A model generated the notes under the pieces. That model was not told the origin of the DNA and searched no databases. It saw nothing but the letters and a program-made list of their open reading frames with translations. From Basidiobolus meristosporus CBS 931.73 (lineage: Eukaryota; Fungi; Basidiobolomycota): DNA of 64,000 nt. A program made the translations under genes and the position numbers. This document shows positions 27,000 to 41,142 of the stretch, one piece after another (the stretch's first letter is position 1; every line of letters begins with the position of its first letter). The stretch lies in contig MCFE01000333.1 in assembly GCA_002104905.1 (NCBI GenBank), forward strand, positions 28,760-92,759, written 5' to 3'.

Positions 27000-29130
27000 G
27001 TCTTGGTGTCAAAAGCATGTTGAATATATTTGGGAATGCCTAACAAGATTATTTGTAAGGTTTAGGGCAGTTTGGAAACTCTAAGAATTCTTGTTTTCTG
27101 GGTATCTGATTTTGGTTTGATAAATTTGTCTGCAATAATTTAATCTGCAAAGCAGTAAACCAGGTTAGTTATGACACATTCTATGGCCTCATATTCAATA
27201 CAATGCCTGATATTTATGTGCTTGGTTTTTGCATGAAGAGTTGGAATTCTAACCAATTGATACTTCCTTGACTATCTTGAAATAAAGTAATAAGTGCTAT
27301 TTGACATAAGCTCAAGTATTTGAGAGCTCTCTTAACCACATTTGCTACTTTTTAGCTTCACAGGCAGCTAAGCTCTCCAGTTCAGTAGCAGAAATCACAA
27401 CTATTGGTTGTATTCTTGCAATGCATGAAGTGGCTGTGTTGCAGTAAAGAAAGGTGCATCTTGTTGTGGATCATCTGCCCTCCATATTGGGTCCCCAATC
27501 AGCTTCAGAGTATCCCACAAGATCCTGTTCTAAGTCTTTAGAGCTGTACCTTATGTTGATATTGGCAACTCCTAGTAAGTATCCAAAAGCCAACTTAACT
27601 GCAGCAAGTTTGATAATATCCCTAATGCTGATTGGGTTGGCTGACAGCTTCCATTGAATATGCAACTTCTGTTCATGTTCCAGTCTGTACATAAATCAGA
27701 CAGCTGGCCATAGATTGGTAAGGAAACTCTGGGCTTTCAGATGGCACCAAGCACACTTGATTTGGTTGGGTTTAACTAAGTAAAGGTTTGTCTTGATTGG
27801 CATAGCTGCAGGTTTACAGTCTTCAGTATGGCACTTCTTAGGTATATCTTGGATATACTTGGACTGACTTAGGGTGTTAGCCTGGGTGCCACTGCTAATG
27901 GAAAACTCTATAGTTAAGCAGTAACTATGCTCTGTGTAGCTCAGACATTTGAGCTCCTTAGATAAGCAGGACTTGGTCCCTTCAAATGCTTCTTAGTTAT
28001 TAATGGTTATAATAACATCATCAACATATAGAGCCAATGAAGCTGGACTTGATCTCTCTGTCATAGAGTTAATATAGTTGTTAGTAGTACTTTTTGCAGA
28101 CTCAATCATTTCAGTTTAGATCTTTTACTGGAATTTCAGTCTGTTGGTAATTTTTTAAGATCACATGGAGACTTTTTAGGCTTGCAGACTCATAAGGGGC
28201 TATCCTGGGCAGCAGGCCAACCAGACTGACTCATGAATGCATCCTCAAAAAGCTCTTCATTTAAAAATGCAGATTTTACATTGATCTGATGAATCAGAAA
28301 CTTATATTTGGTTACATATGCCAGTATTAGTCTGATGCAGTTAAACTTAGCAACTTGCAGAAAGGTCTCATGATAGTCTAGTCCTTTTTTGTGAGAGTAT
28401 ACTTTGGCTACAGTTGTTTTGTGCATCTCTCAGTTGTATCACTAGCCTTATGTTTGTTGTTTAGATCCAACTGCATCCAATTGATTTTTGATCAATTGAT
28501 ATTTTGACTAAGCCCCAAGTTGGACTTTCCATCAGAGCTTGCTACTCCTCAGTCTTTGGACAGCTCAAAAGCTTTGCCTTAGGTGTTTGGGACTTACTTT
28601 ACAATCTGGGGTGCATTGATATGGACAGAATAGGCATAGGCTAAGCTTGTACCATAGTTGTTATACTCATATCAGCTATTTCTAGTCTGATTGGATCTCT
28701 TCCATTGTAATACAGAAATAGTCCCTTCTGCAATATTGCTAGGCACTGATTCATGCTTGACTTTTGTTGAAAAATCTTCTGGAGCAAAAAGCTTTTATTG
28801 ATATGCTTTGATTCATTTGGACCATGGGGGACTTGAGATCAGATTTCTCCTCAATATCTGAGGCAATATTTAAGAAAATTGCAAGTCTTTGTCCAATGGC
28901 ACATTCCTGGCCTTGATCAACTTCACTTCTTTGGTACTGTAGAGTCTGTATACCTTACTTGCTTTGCAATTTGCCAGATTTAGCATTCCACACTTTTTGC
29001 TCCAATTTCTGGGTGGCTGCTGAGCAAAAGCTGCACAACCAAATACTTTAGGGTGCTCTCAGAGCTCTAGGACAGTTGTCTGGCTTATTTTTCAAATATA
29101 CAGGCTTCATAATGCTCCAAATTCTTTGTG
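27000..29130 (-). mobile_element. Ty1/copia relic (post-integrase SH3-like region, RT, RNase H)
   Basis: KVFGCAAFAQ...SKVYRLY near 28900-29050. RT VAKVYSHKKGLDYHETFLQVAKFNCIRLIL...IHQINVKSAFLN in 28190..28426, and LVGYSEADWG in 27471..27692. Confidence 0.8.
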
Positions 29131-29174
29131 GGATAAGGTCCTACTATAAATATATATAAATATAATGCTAGATA

Positions 29175-29465
29175 TTACCAGTGACCCAAGAAAATACCAA
29201 GAATATCTGTGATATGTAACAAATCTCTGGAGCTAGATTCAGTATACAGTATTTATTGAGGACCAAATGCAACCCTTCAGTCCTTCTGTGCTTCTATATA
29301 TAGCAAGCAGCATAGATGTGAAAAAAAGTAAAAAATAGATTTTCTCCAGCACAGTGTGTGAGACATCAGGGCCACTTTGCATGACGGTGTAGAGCTACAT
29401 TTCAAACTATGTGGCCAATATAGGTCTACTTGGCCAAGCTGGCATGCTATGGCACTATCCAACAG
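29175..29465 (-). repeat. Arm of the fold-back repeat family
   Basis: Similar to 13966-14198 and to 13600-13900 reversed (ggagctagattcag, gattttctccagcaca). Confidence 0.55.
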
Positions 29466-31049
29466 TCAAGTATAAGGTGTGACCTATCCTGACACTGTAG
29501 GAGCAAAATAGGTCAGTGATGCTATTAAGGAGTTGTGACTGCCTCCTTTATGGGTTGTCAATATATATTAAAGCTTTTTCTTTCTGTTTTTAAGTGCTGC
29601 ATTTTCTGAATTCTTCTTCCAGGAGTCTCTACATAATAAATAGTCAAATCTTTAGTTCTGGACCTTAGGGCTGATACATTTCCCTAAAACTTGTCTAGCA
29701 GTCTATTCATAATAGTAACTATTGCATCTTTATAAATAGTTTGTATGCTCACTGATTCTATCTTATCAACCTACATGATAAATCTGTTGATTAGATGCTT
29801 TTTTTCTTGTGCTGGTAGCATTATAGTAGTAAAAAGCTTTGTTCAAGATACTTTTTTGTAGTAACTGAATATGACTGATATGTGTCTTCTAATGACTTCC
29901 AGGCATTCTTTGCCATTTCTCCACTTGAGCATTAAATTAGAAATTTGTCTTTAACTATAAGGCATCTGAGGTCAGAGGTATTTTATGTTGTAAAAATATG
30001 TAATTCCACCTAAATATTCACATGATTTAGTCACTCAGATCATCACCTTTAGCTCTTAGACAATGCTGACCAAAATCCTTGTTTGGATTTACCTACAATA
30101 CTTTCACCAAACTATCAGGCACCCAGAACATAAAAATTAGATAGGTTAACCTATTCTACATATTTGTTATGCCATTACATGTAAAGTAGAAATACTACTT
30201 TTACATTTGATAAATCACTAAGTGTACACCATGTAATCTACTTGTTCTCCCAATCACTTTCAATCTCTTAAAGACTCTTACCACATTTTATTGTTCTTCT
30301 GGTGCTTCACAGCTTCTCTCCTAGGTTTTGGGGGAGGGCATTCTTATACCCTATTATCATCCCAATGGCCTTCTTCATGTAACAGTATTCTCTTCTTCAC
30401 CCTCCAGTTTTGGTTATTAGATCCATTCAACTTTTTTGCAGAGAAGGAGACAGTAGTAATAGCTGTAGTACACATTGCAACAAATAATAGCATGGGGCTC
30501 ATAACTTGCTGTAGGATTCTTGGAGATATTCCTTCCAATTGGCAGATCAAGTAGATTATTTGGTTCATACTTGATGATTCAATAGATGTAAAAGTAACAC
30601 AGTAGTTTTACATGCTCTTGGCATGAGAAGCATACATGATATGCTTAGAAAGGTCCCAAGAGCACCTGTACAAACTTTGTGACTGTCTGGACAACTCTGA
30701 GAATTTCCATGTGCCTGGCATCTGATGTCCCTGGTGAGAAAGTTATAAGTAAATCCCAATAAGGAATATTGTTAGTTTTCTCAGAGATTTACAGGTAGTG
30801 ATCTGACCAAGTTTGGTGAGCACTTCAGTGTATTTACAAATTTTTATAACATACAGTCCAGCATATATTGTTGGACTATAAAGTACCACATTCAGTGTCA
30901 ATAAAGTGCAAACACTAACTTTATTTGGAAGTCTTTACCAAGGTATGCCAGATTTCTTATAGTCACAAGCCAACTTCTGCACTATTGAATACAAAATTCT
31001 TACAAACAAGAGCCAGAGCACACCTCTAAGGGGGACTAGAGTTCAACAG

Positions 31050-31793
31050 GGAGAAGGAGTATATTGGTTAAATACCAAGAAGTTCTTTATGAATTTTCAG
31101 GAGGTGTTTATGGCAGAAGTACTGGCAATCAGGCATATGTTTGCATGATGTATATGTTAGCCTAAATACAAGGTATATGGCAACTTTGCAAGTTTCACTC
31201 TAAAAGCCTTAAAGTTGGGGTTATAGAAGTGTGTCAATTACTGTAGGTGTGCACATATGTAGTGGTCAGTTTCCAGGAGGCCATAATTTTTTTTGACTTG
31301 AGCTATATATGGAGTACCCAAGGAAGTAGTGAGTAAGCAAATAGAGAGAGTAATTTTACAGTGGAATATAAATGGCTCAAGGGGAGGTAGAAAAAGCAAG
31401 TTCCATTTGGTACATTGGTACAGTATCTTTATACAGAACTATATGTAGGTCACTGTTATTCCATAATGATGCCAACAGAGGTTAACAATGAGGCTGTTAA
31501 AACACCAACAAGCTTCTTGCCATATAATGCAACTCAATGTATTTGCAAGCTAGCTCTACTCAAACAAATGACAATCAAAATGCCATAAAATTCCTGTTAA
31601 GTGACTGCTGCAACACTATCAAGTTGTCACAATGTTTGGCAGTAAAATCAGAAAAGTCAAATGCCATCCTGTGATAAGATTATACTGGGAGTCTACAATA
31701 CCAAGCAACCTGCACTATCACAGAATCATTGGGATACCCTGGCAGCTGATCTGGATTGGATCCACCTGTGGGGCCATATATGCTTTCATAGGG
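31050..31793 (+). mobile_element. CACTA-like right-end fragment
   Basis: Homologous to 48570-49060 and 1-640. Ends tttcataggg at 31793. Confidence 0.65.
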
Positions 31794-32289
31794 GAGCTAT
31801 ACTCCAGTGATGTAGATGAGATTGCAGAGAAAGGCAATTTGACAGCCACAGCCTCAATGTCCCCTATTGTAGACAGAATGGAGATCTCACTGAAAAACAA
31901 AGCAACAATGTCAAGAGCTCAGTAGACAAAATCAATGCATAAAGTGAAATTTGGAACAGTAAGAGGCACAGTAAGAGGCTGCAGCAATTCTTCAAAGGCC
32001 ATGCTCAGGAAAATTCACTTGTTGCTGCAAAGAATTATTGCAAAGATTGCAGGTAAGGTGCTAGATCTCACTGAGCCAGCTAATATCATGAACAGATGAC
32101 ATCCTTGACCTTTCATGATCCACCAAAGTCAAGTTAGTTTTGTTGGTGTTTTACTGATTCTACTGCCAAATGAAGTAATAGGCTTAATAGTGTTTTAGTG
32201 GTCTTTCTGCAGGAATTGCATGGCATTTAACAGTCTTGATGCACTTTCACTTATTTGAGCAGATCTATCTGGCCAATACTTCCAATTGC

Positions 32290-35200
32290 TTTATATGGCA
32301 AGAAACTTGATGGTCCTCTGATGGCCTCATTGCTAACCTCTGCTGGCATTATCACAGCAGTACAGTGCCCTACCAATAGCTCTGTATAATGCTGCTGTAC
32401 CAGTTTACCAAATTGTATTTCCATTTCTACCTTGCCTTGCACCATTTGTATATTTCACTGTAGAATTACCACTTCTTATTTGCTTACTCACTACTTCCTG
32501 GGGTATTTCACTTACAGTTTGAATCAAAATAAACTATCGCCTTCTGCTTACTGACCTCTACATTCATGCATGCCTGCTGAAATTGACACAATCTATAACC
32601 TCAACTTTACAACTCTTTAGTGTAATATTTACAGAGTTGCCATATATCTTGTATTACTGCTAGCATATACATCTTGCAAACATATGCTTGGTTGCTGCCA
32701 CTTTTGCCATAAATACCACCTGAATATTTGCAAAAAGCCTCATGGTATTTAGCCAATATGTTCCTTCTCCCTGAAGAGGTCTAGTCCTCCTAATAGGTGT
32801 GTACTGGCTCATGTTTGTGTGGATGCTCTATTGAATGGCACAGAAATTAGCTTGTGATCAGGAGAAGCCTGGCATACTTTGGTGGAGTTGTGTTGATGAA
32901 AATTAGTGTCTTGTTGCACTAAACCTAACTCTACATTACCTCACTGATTACTGATGCATTGAGTCTGCTTAGATTCATATTGGCAAGGACATAAGTGTCT
33001 TCATATGCACATCTGTCCTCAGTATTTCTCAACTCTTCCTGGCTGTCTTCCATGTCCCAATTCATTAAATCCCTGATAGACTTGAAAGTAATACTCTCAA
33101 TGAGATTAGGATATGGCAGTGTCCTGCAACTTGACTTGTACTCCTATCTCCTCACACATCTGCTCCATAGGAAGCTTCCATAAGGTGAGGCAAGGCTCAA
33201 TATTCTCCACACACCAAGCAAGATGGGGTATAGAATGGAAACAGCAGCTGCAGCAATCTGTGAACTCAGCTTTATGCTTGTTGTATGGATGCTCAAGTCC
33301 TGTTACAAAGCCCTTGCATAAAAGCTGTAGATGTGTCAAGTTACCATTAGTGATCCACTTCTGGTAAAATATTTCTACAACATCAACATATGACTCTCAA
33401 TGCTTCCAGTATACTCATGGTAAATATGGCATCAGAAGGCCACTTGAATAAACACACATCCATCTCAACCAGCCCTTGCATATGGGTGTCAATATAGATT
33501 GGAGCTTGTGACAAGTACTTTAGGTAGCAGATACTGTGTAATATCTTGTCAATTCTTTCAGATTTCTCCAGTATCTCAATGGGCTCATACTAATTGAAGT
33601 GGCCCATGCACACCTTGGTCATTAGTATAGGGATATTGTGGAAAAGTAAATCAATTGCTCTCAGTGGAAAGCATTTGCTCTGACTTCTGAAGATTCCCTC
33701 TGCAGGAAGAAGATGCTCATAATGTTGGTATTTGGATAATCATATTGTGTGTGAGTTATGGAGTAAATATCCTGTGTCTCACAAATTCAACCGCAATACC
33801 ATCCATTGTGCCCAGAAAAGCCAGCTATCTTGCTGATGGCTGGGGTATCACCAATGCTCATAGTAACTTGTAAGTCTCTGCAGATCTGCAAGCTGACCAT
33901 AATGCCCTGGCAAATGGGAATGTAGCAAATGCAGTACCCTCAGTTGTAAACCAGCAAGTGGCCATCATACCACTACCACCACCTGTATTTGCAAGTATTT
34001 GGTCCACTCATACCAAGGCATTAAGGATGCAATTAGGTTCAGTGGCTAATAAAATAGATTCAATGGACCAGAGAAATCAGGAAACAGTCCAGAAACTGGA
34101 TGAGCAGATAATATGTAAAGAGCAGGTAATATCACAGGTAGAGAACTCAGTCTCCTTGCTACACAAAAAGGAACACAAGTAGCTCAATGTAACAGCCAAG
34201 AATTGATCTATTACACAATATAAGAGTACAGGAACACTGTACAGTTTTTGAAGCACAACAACTGTGCCCAAAGATAAAGCCCACAGAAAAACCTATCAGA
34301 GCATTGTAGTGGGGTGACAGTGACACCCACTGACAGATGTGCTCATTCCCTTATTTTCTACTTCCCTATATCTCTACTACACTTATTTTAGTTTTATCCC
34401 ATTTGTCTTACCCAATCAGTACTATCCCATAAGCCGGTTGACTATCACACCTGCTTACCTTATTGCATAAGTTACCCCTCACATTATGTAAGATAACTAG
34501 CTATAAGTACTTCTATATTAGGCAAGTACCCGCGCCAGTACCCGTGACACATGATCAGCCCGTGTCACCATCCCTACCATTTCCATACAATATATGGTAT
34601 CTCCATGTTACACAGGTTTCAGAATACTGATTCCTGATTTGTTGGATGTGCTGTGCCTCTTAGAACCTTCCGGCACCTACTTAGAACATTCTTAGGTCAT
34701 TCTGATGTCATTAAGATTTCTATTGATCTCCGGAACCTTCTGGAACACCATGATTAGTAATCACTTAGCCAGTGAAAAAAAAAGTATATAAGGGAGGCTA
34801 TCCCTCAACAATAAATCATCATCCCTTTTATCAATATACCGACTTGTTGATTACTGTGATCACTGCTACCTGCTGCTACCTGAACTTCCAACCCTAGATC
34901 ACAGGACACTCCAAGGAAACCGCGCTGACAGCCAACTGACCTTGGAGGCACTACTTGTGAGGAATACTCAGAGTAGGTATCTTTTATTATATTTGATTCT
35001 TTCCCAAGTTTGTTCTTGTACAGGCAAAGATACTTTTCTGTCTTTGTAACTATTGACCAAAGCTGCATTCTTATCAAGTCCCTGCTGGTGGAGTTTACAG
35101 TTGTTTTGACTTTGGAAGCTTTAGTATATTGTCATCTCAAAGGATGCTGAACCCAGCACATGCTTTTGTTAAGTCGCCAATTAAGTTGGGGATTGTAGCT

Positions 35201-37583
35201 CAATAGTTTTCCCTTGACAAGCTTGTGGCTTTATTCCCCTTCACATTAGATTAGAGACAGAACCCAAGTATTCCTAGCAAGCTTTTGCCAGAGGTTATTG
35301 CACCCAGTGAACACCCCACACACAAAACACTTGAGAAGTGTTGGACTTATCTCTCCCTTGGACTTATACACCACCACAGTGTGGGAGGGAGACAATGTGG
35401 TGTTTAAACCAAAGTTTCAAAATCAAAAGACATTGAAGATCTGTGAAGCCATTGAGTGCAATAATGAAGAGTGGGCTAATATACCAGAGGCCTTAAGAAG
35501 TCTAGCATGCCATCACCTGAAGGCCAGCATACCATGTAACCATCAGGAACTGAGGGCCAAACAAAATTCACTTGACTTGTTCCATGAGCATTATCCTGGA
35601 TTCAAACAGGCAAACTGATTTTGGGTCAGCATTGGTATGCTAAGAAAGTATTGTAAGAATAGTAGAAATTATCAAAAGCAGAAGCACAAGGGTGCCATGG
35701 CTGAAAACCAGCGGCTTCCTCAAGAGCCCTTTATAAGCAGGTCCAAAAGCTTCAGACAAGTGTTGAAGAGACATCAGGTAGCTGGAAGAGTGCCAATAAG
35801 GAAGAGGCAGGCAGACACAGATGCCCCAACACAACATTTATCAAAGAGAAAGTGTAGCTCCACTAAAGAATCACTCAGTCAAATTAGCACAATAACAGTG
35901 AAGGACTTGACAGTGAAATAAACCCACAGCTTTCTCAGGAGCCTGTCACAAGTAGGGCCAGAAGCTCCAAGCAAGTGGTAAAGAAACATTAGGTTGGCAA
36001 GAGATTACCAGCAAGGAGCAAGCAGGCAAAAACAGATGTACCAGTTCAGCATTCATTAAAGAGAAAACAAAGTACAATACAAGAAGCACTTGGGCATTAG
36101 TATGCTAGGAAAGTATCCCAAGAATAGCAGAAACTATCAAAGGCAGAAGAACAAAGGCATCACAGCTAAAAACAAGTGGCCTGCTCAAGTGCTTGTCACC
36201 AGCACTGCTAAAAGCTCCAAACAAGCAGCAAAGAGATGTTAGGTAGCCTGATGGGTGCCAGTTAGTGACCAGCAGGTAGAAACAGAGACATGTGCCAAGA
36301 ATTTATTACAAAGAGAATGTAATTAAATACAAAAGGCACTCAGTCGCAGTACCAATGAAGGACTTAGCAGTGATAAGAGCCTGTGGCTTTGTCAGGAGGC
36401 TGTCACAAACAGGGCTGATAATTCTTAGCAAGTGGCTAAGAACTCTCAGGTTGCTGGGAGAGTACTAACTAGCATCAAGCAGGCACAAACAGAATTACCA
36501 GTGCATCACTCATCTTGGAAAAAAACAGAGTACAATGCAAGAAGCACTCAGTCAAAGTAGCAGCAAAGGGCTTGGCATTGATAAAGGTAAAGGTGAGAGA
36601 AAAGGGTCTACCCAGCCAGAGACCAGGAAGGGTGAGAAAAGTGCTGTAGTTCTCGCCAATTAATGCCATCAGCCCAGAACATGCTGAATTCCATCACAGA
36701 CAAGAACAGTTACCAACAAGATATCAGCCAGTTGAGTTACACTCCAGTGAGGTAGATGAGTTTACCAAAAAAATCAATTTGTCTACTACTTCCTCTATGT
36801 CCTCCATTGTAGGCACAGTGAAGATTCAACTGACAGACAAAGTGACATCATCAAGAACTCAAGTGACTATCATTGTACCTAGAGTGGAATTTTAGAACAT
36901 TAATAGGCACACCAAGAGGTTGCAGCACTTCTTTAAGTGCATTGCTCAAGAAAATGCACTTGAATATTACAAGAATTTATTGCAAAAGCTGGCAGTTGAA
37001 GTGCTAGATCTTGAGTGTCAACTGAAAACCAGGATGTATGGGAACTAGTGAATGAACAGTTGCAGAAAGCTGCAGGGCTACTGCCAAAGCTATGGAAAAA
37101 AGGTATTACAGCAGAAATACTAATTGAGTGGTGGATTTTAATGGAGTTACTTGTGGAGTGTGCAGCTGGGATTAATATTAGTGTAGAGTATTGGGACTTG
37201 TATAGGTCAATGCAATTGACAATTGAGGTACAACTGAAGCTTAATGGAAATAAATTAATTTGTTTGGATGAAAAGTAAGAAAAACAGTTGAGTCAGGAAG
37301 TAAGGGGTATGAAAAAGCAGCAATAGCCAATTGATGTACACAAATGTAGAAGGTGATTGAATGTCTATGGTCTCAAAGTGAGAGAACTGGCAGAGGACCA
37401 ATCAAAAGTCACTTATGTATTGTTGTGATGAAAATTTTTTACAAACTTTTCTGAGAAATATGGGGTGCATTTAGTTTTCCACCATTTCTGACAGTGTCCT
37501 GATGGTATCAATACCTCTTAGTCTCAGGACTTTATCTTTGTGATGGCCTTTGGATGAAACCATCAAAAATATTTTTCATAGGG
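32290..37583 (-). mobile_element. CACTA-like copy with internal deletion: transposase (-) 32290-33850, accessory ORF (+) 33950-37280, left terminus at 37583
   Basis: DUF4218-like ORF 33106..33339. Accessory ORF fragments 33958..34182, 35637..35921 and 37015..37278. Terminal aaaatatttttcataggg. Confidence 0.7.
34305..35378 (+). mobile_element. Solo LTR, 1074 bp
   Basis: TGTAGTGG...CCACCACA termini and an internal TATATAA plus AATAAA (about 34785-34815). Flanks GCAT/GTGT, consistent with a GCGT TSD after CpG decay. The host ORF (PTEKPI..WEGDNVVF) resumes exactly after removal. Confidence 0.8.
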
Positions 37584-38644
37584 CTCTACTTGCTTGCCTT
37601 GTGTCTATTTATCACAATTTATCAGACTGCTCTTAACTGACCTATGGATCTCTGCCTTCTACCCAAAGTTCTTGAGTAAGCTTATAAAGGAGTACCAACC
37701 ATCAGTGTTACCCTGAGGCTTTCCCTGTCTTGTCCTCCCAAGCCAAAGATGCTTCATTGTTGTAAAGTTTTTGGCCAAAGCTGTATCCACTGTATTATCC
37801 TTCTGGTGTAGTTTACAGCTGAACAGTATTGGGTCTTCAGCTCAATACTCTATCAAAGGACATCAAAGCCAGTACCCTTTGAAGTGATTCTAACTTATCT
37901 AAAGTTGAGGATTGTGATTGAAAACTGTCTTATTGACAAATCCATGTCTTTATTACCCACACATTAGCTAGTAGTATCTGTGGTAATGGAAAGTATTCCA
38001 TTACTACAATATCTCAAAACCAATATTGCACTCATTTCTTTATTTTACTATTGTAACACACAAGTGAAAGATCAAGAAATTCCATCTTTGAAGGACAAAT
38101 AGTCCATACCCTGACAAGCAATCCACCCAAGAATATTATGTCATACAGAAAATGCAGTAGCCAACATATGTTTCAAATTACAGCTCATTTGAAGCAGTAC
38201 TTAAGGAGTTTTGACCAAAAGAGTCCAATTATTATATATACTAGGCCTCTATTGCTAGGATTACTATGGTGACTTTGATTGTGTGTAACATTTGAACCAG
38301 CAAGTGCAATCATGTGAAATTTCTACAGGTGCTGCACCCATGTCCAATCCGCACCACTGCAAAATTTAGCTTTATATCACATGTATTGCTTGCACAATTG
38401 CCAAAAACTTTGATCCTTCAGAGATTTCATATATATGACTTCCCAAGCTGAAAAATAAAGGAGAGCCTCTCTTTCCAGAACCTCCACACTATGATTACAA
38501 GTTTAAAGGTTATAAGACTTCCCCTGCATCACTTGCACTGTTGAGTATTCTGACTTAATTGGTACTACATCAGTAAAGAGACTACAAAGCTCACAAGAAT
38601 CCAATCTAAGCTCTACAAGAAAAGTACTACTTTTCTGTTGGAAA

Positions 38645-38925
38645 AGTCCCCTCTAAGAAACTGCTTTACTCTAAAGACACCCCTTTAGAGACCTCTTTAA
38701 GAAACCCCTTTACTCTAAAGAAGCCCTTTTAGGCACCCCCTTTTATAAAGTCCACCTTAGAGACCACTACAAGAAGCCCCTTTACTCTAAAGACACCCCT
38801 TTAGAGACCCCCTTAAGAATCCCCTTTACTCTAAAAAAGCCCCTTTAGGCACCCCTTTGGTGTAAAGTCCACTTTAGAGACCATTACAAGAAGCCCTTTT
38901 ACTCCAAAGACACCCCTTTAGGTGT
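38645..38925. repeat. Minisatellite with ~116-117 bp higher-order period built of ~35-45 bp subunits
   Basis: tttactc(t/c)aaagacacccctttag recurs at 38665, 38781 and 38898; tttactctaaa(g/a)aagcccc recurs at 38709 and about 38826. Confidence 0.85.
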
Positions 38926-41142
38926 CAAGACCCCCATAGGGACTTACACACCACACCCCTTTAGCTTAAAGGGGAGTTTAAGATTTCCATATTTGGTGAT
39001 ATTATCTCAGAAATATCAGAGTAAATATGCTCAATAGTCAACAGAAGGTCAGAACACTGCTGCAGAAGTGAGAATCATGGCCTATAGTATATTTTGAGCC
39101 ATTGATTGAGGATATTAGTGAAAGTTGTATCTTCTATTGGTATATCAAACACCCAATAAACCATTTCAGTATTAGCATACTGGAAGTTGTTGTATATTGT
39201 TGATTAGCCTCTACATTGCAGAACAAGCCCCAAACTAATCATAATACAACACAACATATTCAGTATTCCTGAGTCTGCCCAAGTAACCTCGCCACCTCCT
39301 GCTACCTTGTCATGTCCAGCCCAGTGTACAACTTTGCAAGACTCATGGCTGCCTATGCCCAGCTGCATCAGGACAATGAATACCTCAGGACACCTTGCAA
39401 TACTCAAGTGCATTTTCTTGAGCTCAGCTCTTGAAGACATGCTGTAACCTCTTGGTGTGCTTATCAATATTCCAAAATCCCACTGAAGACATTGTGATAG
39501 CCTTTTGAGTTCTTGCAATGTTGCTTTGTCTGTGAGTGAGATCTCCACTCTGTCAATAATGGAGAATATGGAGGCTGTGGTAGACAAATTGCCTTTCTCT
39601 GCAACCTCATTTACCTCACTCAAGTGTGGCAACTGACCATGCTTCCAACTTTGTTTAAGTGCTTATTGTAATGAACTACATTTTCTTCTTAATAAATGCT
39701 GCTCTAATGCATCTGTATTGGCCTGCTTGTCCCTTACTGCCACTCTGCAGGCAACCCAATGCTTCTTTCCTGCTTGTTTTGAGCTCTAAGCCCATGCTAT
39801 GATGGGCTCCTGAGGTAGCTGCAGGTATTTATCACTGCCAGGTCCCAGGAGTGCTTCTTAAGTGGAACTACACTTTTCCTTGAGAAATATCTTGCTGGTG
39901 TGTCTGTGTCTGCCTGCTTGTCCCTATTGGCACTCTTCCAATTGCCTTATGTCTCTTTGATGCTTATTTAGAGCTTTTGGCCCTGCTTGTGACTGGCTCT
40001 AGAGGAAGCTGCTGGTTTTTAGTCATTGCACCCTTGCACTTCTGCCTTTGATAGTTTCTGCTATTCTTGAGATACTTACTTAGTAAACCAATGCTGGCCC
40101 AAAGTCTGTTTTCTTGTTTGAGTCCAGAATAATGGTAATGCAACAAGTCAAGCACATTCTGCATGACCTAGAGTTCCTGATGGTCCTATTGAATGCCAGC
40201 CTTGAGGTATTGGCATGCTACACTTCTAAAGGCCTCTTGTTTATTAGTCCACTTTTCATCATTGCACTCAATGTCTTTACAGATCTTCAATGTTTTTTGA
40301 TTTTAGAGCTTGGTATAAACACTACATTTTTTCCCTCAAGTGCTGTAATAGGTTTTTCTCTAGGCTTATCTTTGAGCACTGCTGATGTGCTTCAAGGACT
40401 GTACAATGTTCCTCTGCTGTTACATCAAGAAATGGCTCAATTCTTGGCTGTGGCATTGAGCTACTTGAGTTCCTTCTTTGCAGTAAAGATACTGCTTTCT
40501 CTACCCAGGATATTGATTGGTCAACACATATTAATTGCTCATCCTGATTCTGGGCTATTTCCTGATTAATCTGGGCCTTTTCATCTCTCCTATCAGCCAC
40601 TGTACCTGATTGTCTCATTAATGCTCTGGTATGGGCTGACAGCATACTTGCTAATATAGGTGGTGATGATGCTATGACAGCCAATTGCTGGTCATCAACT
40701 ATAGGTACTGCTTTTGCTACATTCTCATCTGCCTCAGCATTACAATCAGCTTGCAGCTCTACAAAGATTTCCAGTGACCTACTTAACTGAGAGCCTGAGG
40801 AGTTCCCATTACTACCTTCAGTGGACATACTGTTCACAGGGCCTTTTTTGATTGTAGCCCCGCTTGTTGCGCTGAATGTCAATGCATGCTGTTGTCCAAG
40901 CATTCTTTGGCTGCAGTCAGTGATGGGGTTTGGTTGGGAACCAGACAACTTTGCCTCATTTTTTGGCAGCATATTTATGGAAGTGAGTCAAGCCAAAGGG
41001 GAAACAGTGTTACATATATGTGTATATGTGGTGCCACAAATTTATTTGTAATGCTTACTATGGCGGGTCATTATTGAGCCTTATATTTATTTAGGTTCAA
41101 TGTCTCAAATACAAGATTATCTTAAATTCACCTGATTATTAA

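Noticed and set aside
35298-35618. 106-aa ORF
   Set aside because: Chimeric: it reads across the solo-LTR end (35378) into the CACTA accessory ORF.
35640-38965. CRISPR-like array in the periodic repeats
   Set aside because: The units are degenerate tandem copies without unique spacers, no cas genes are present, and the context is eukaryotic.
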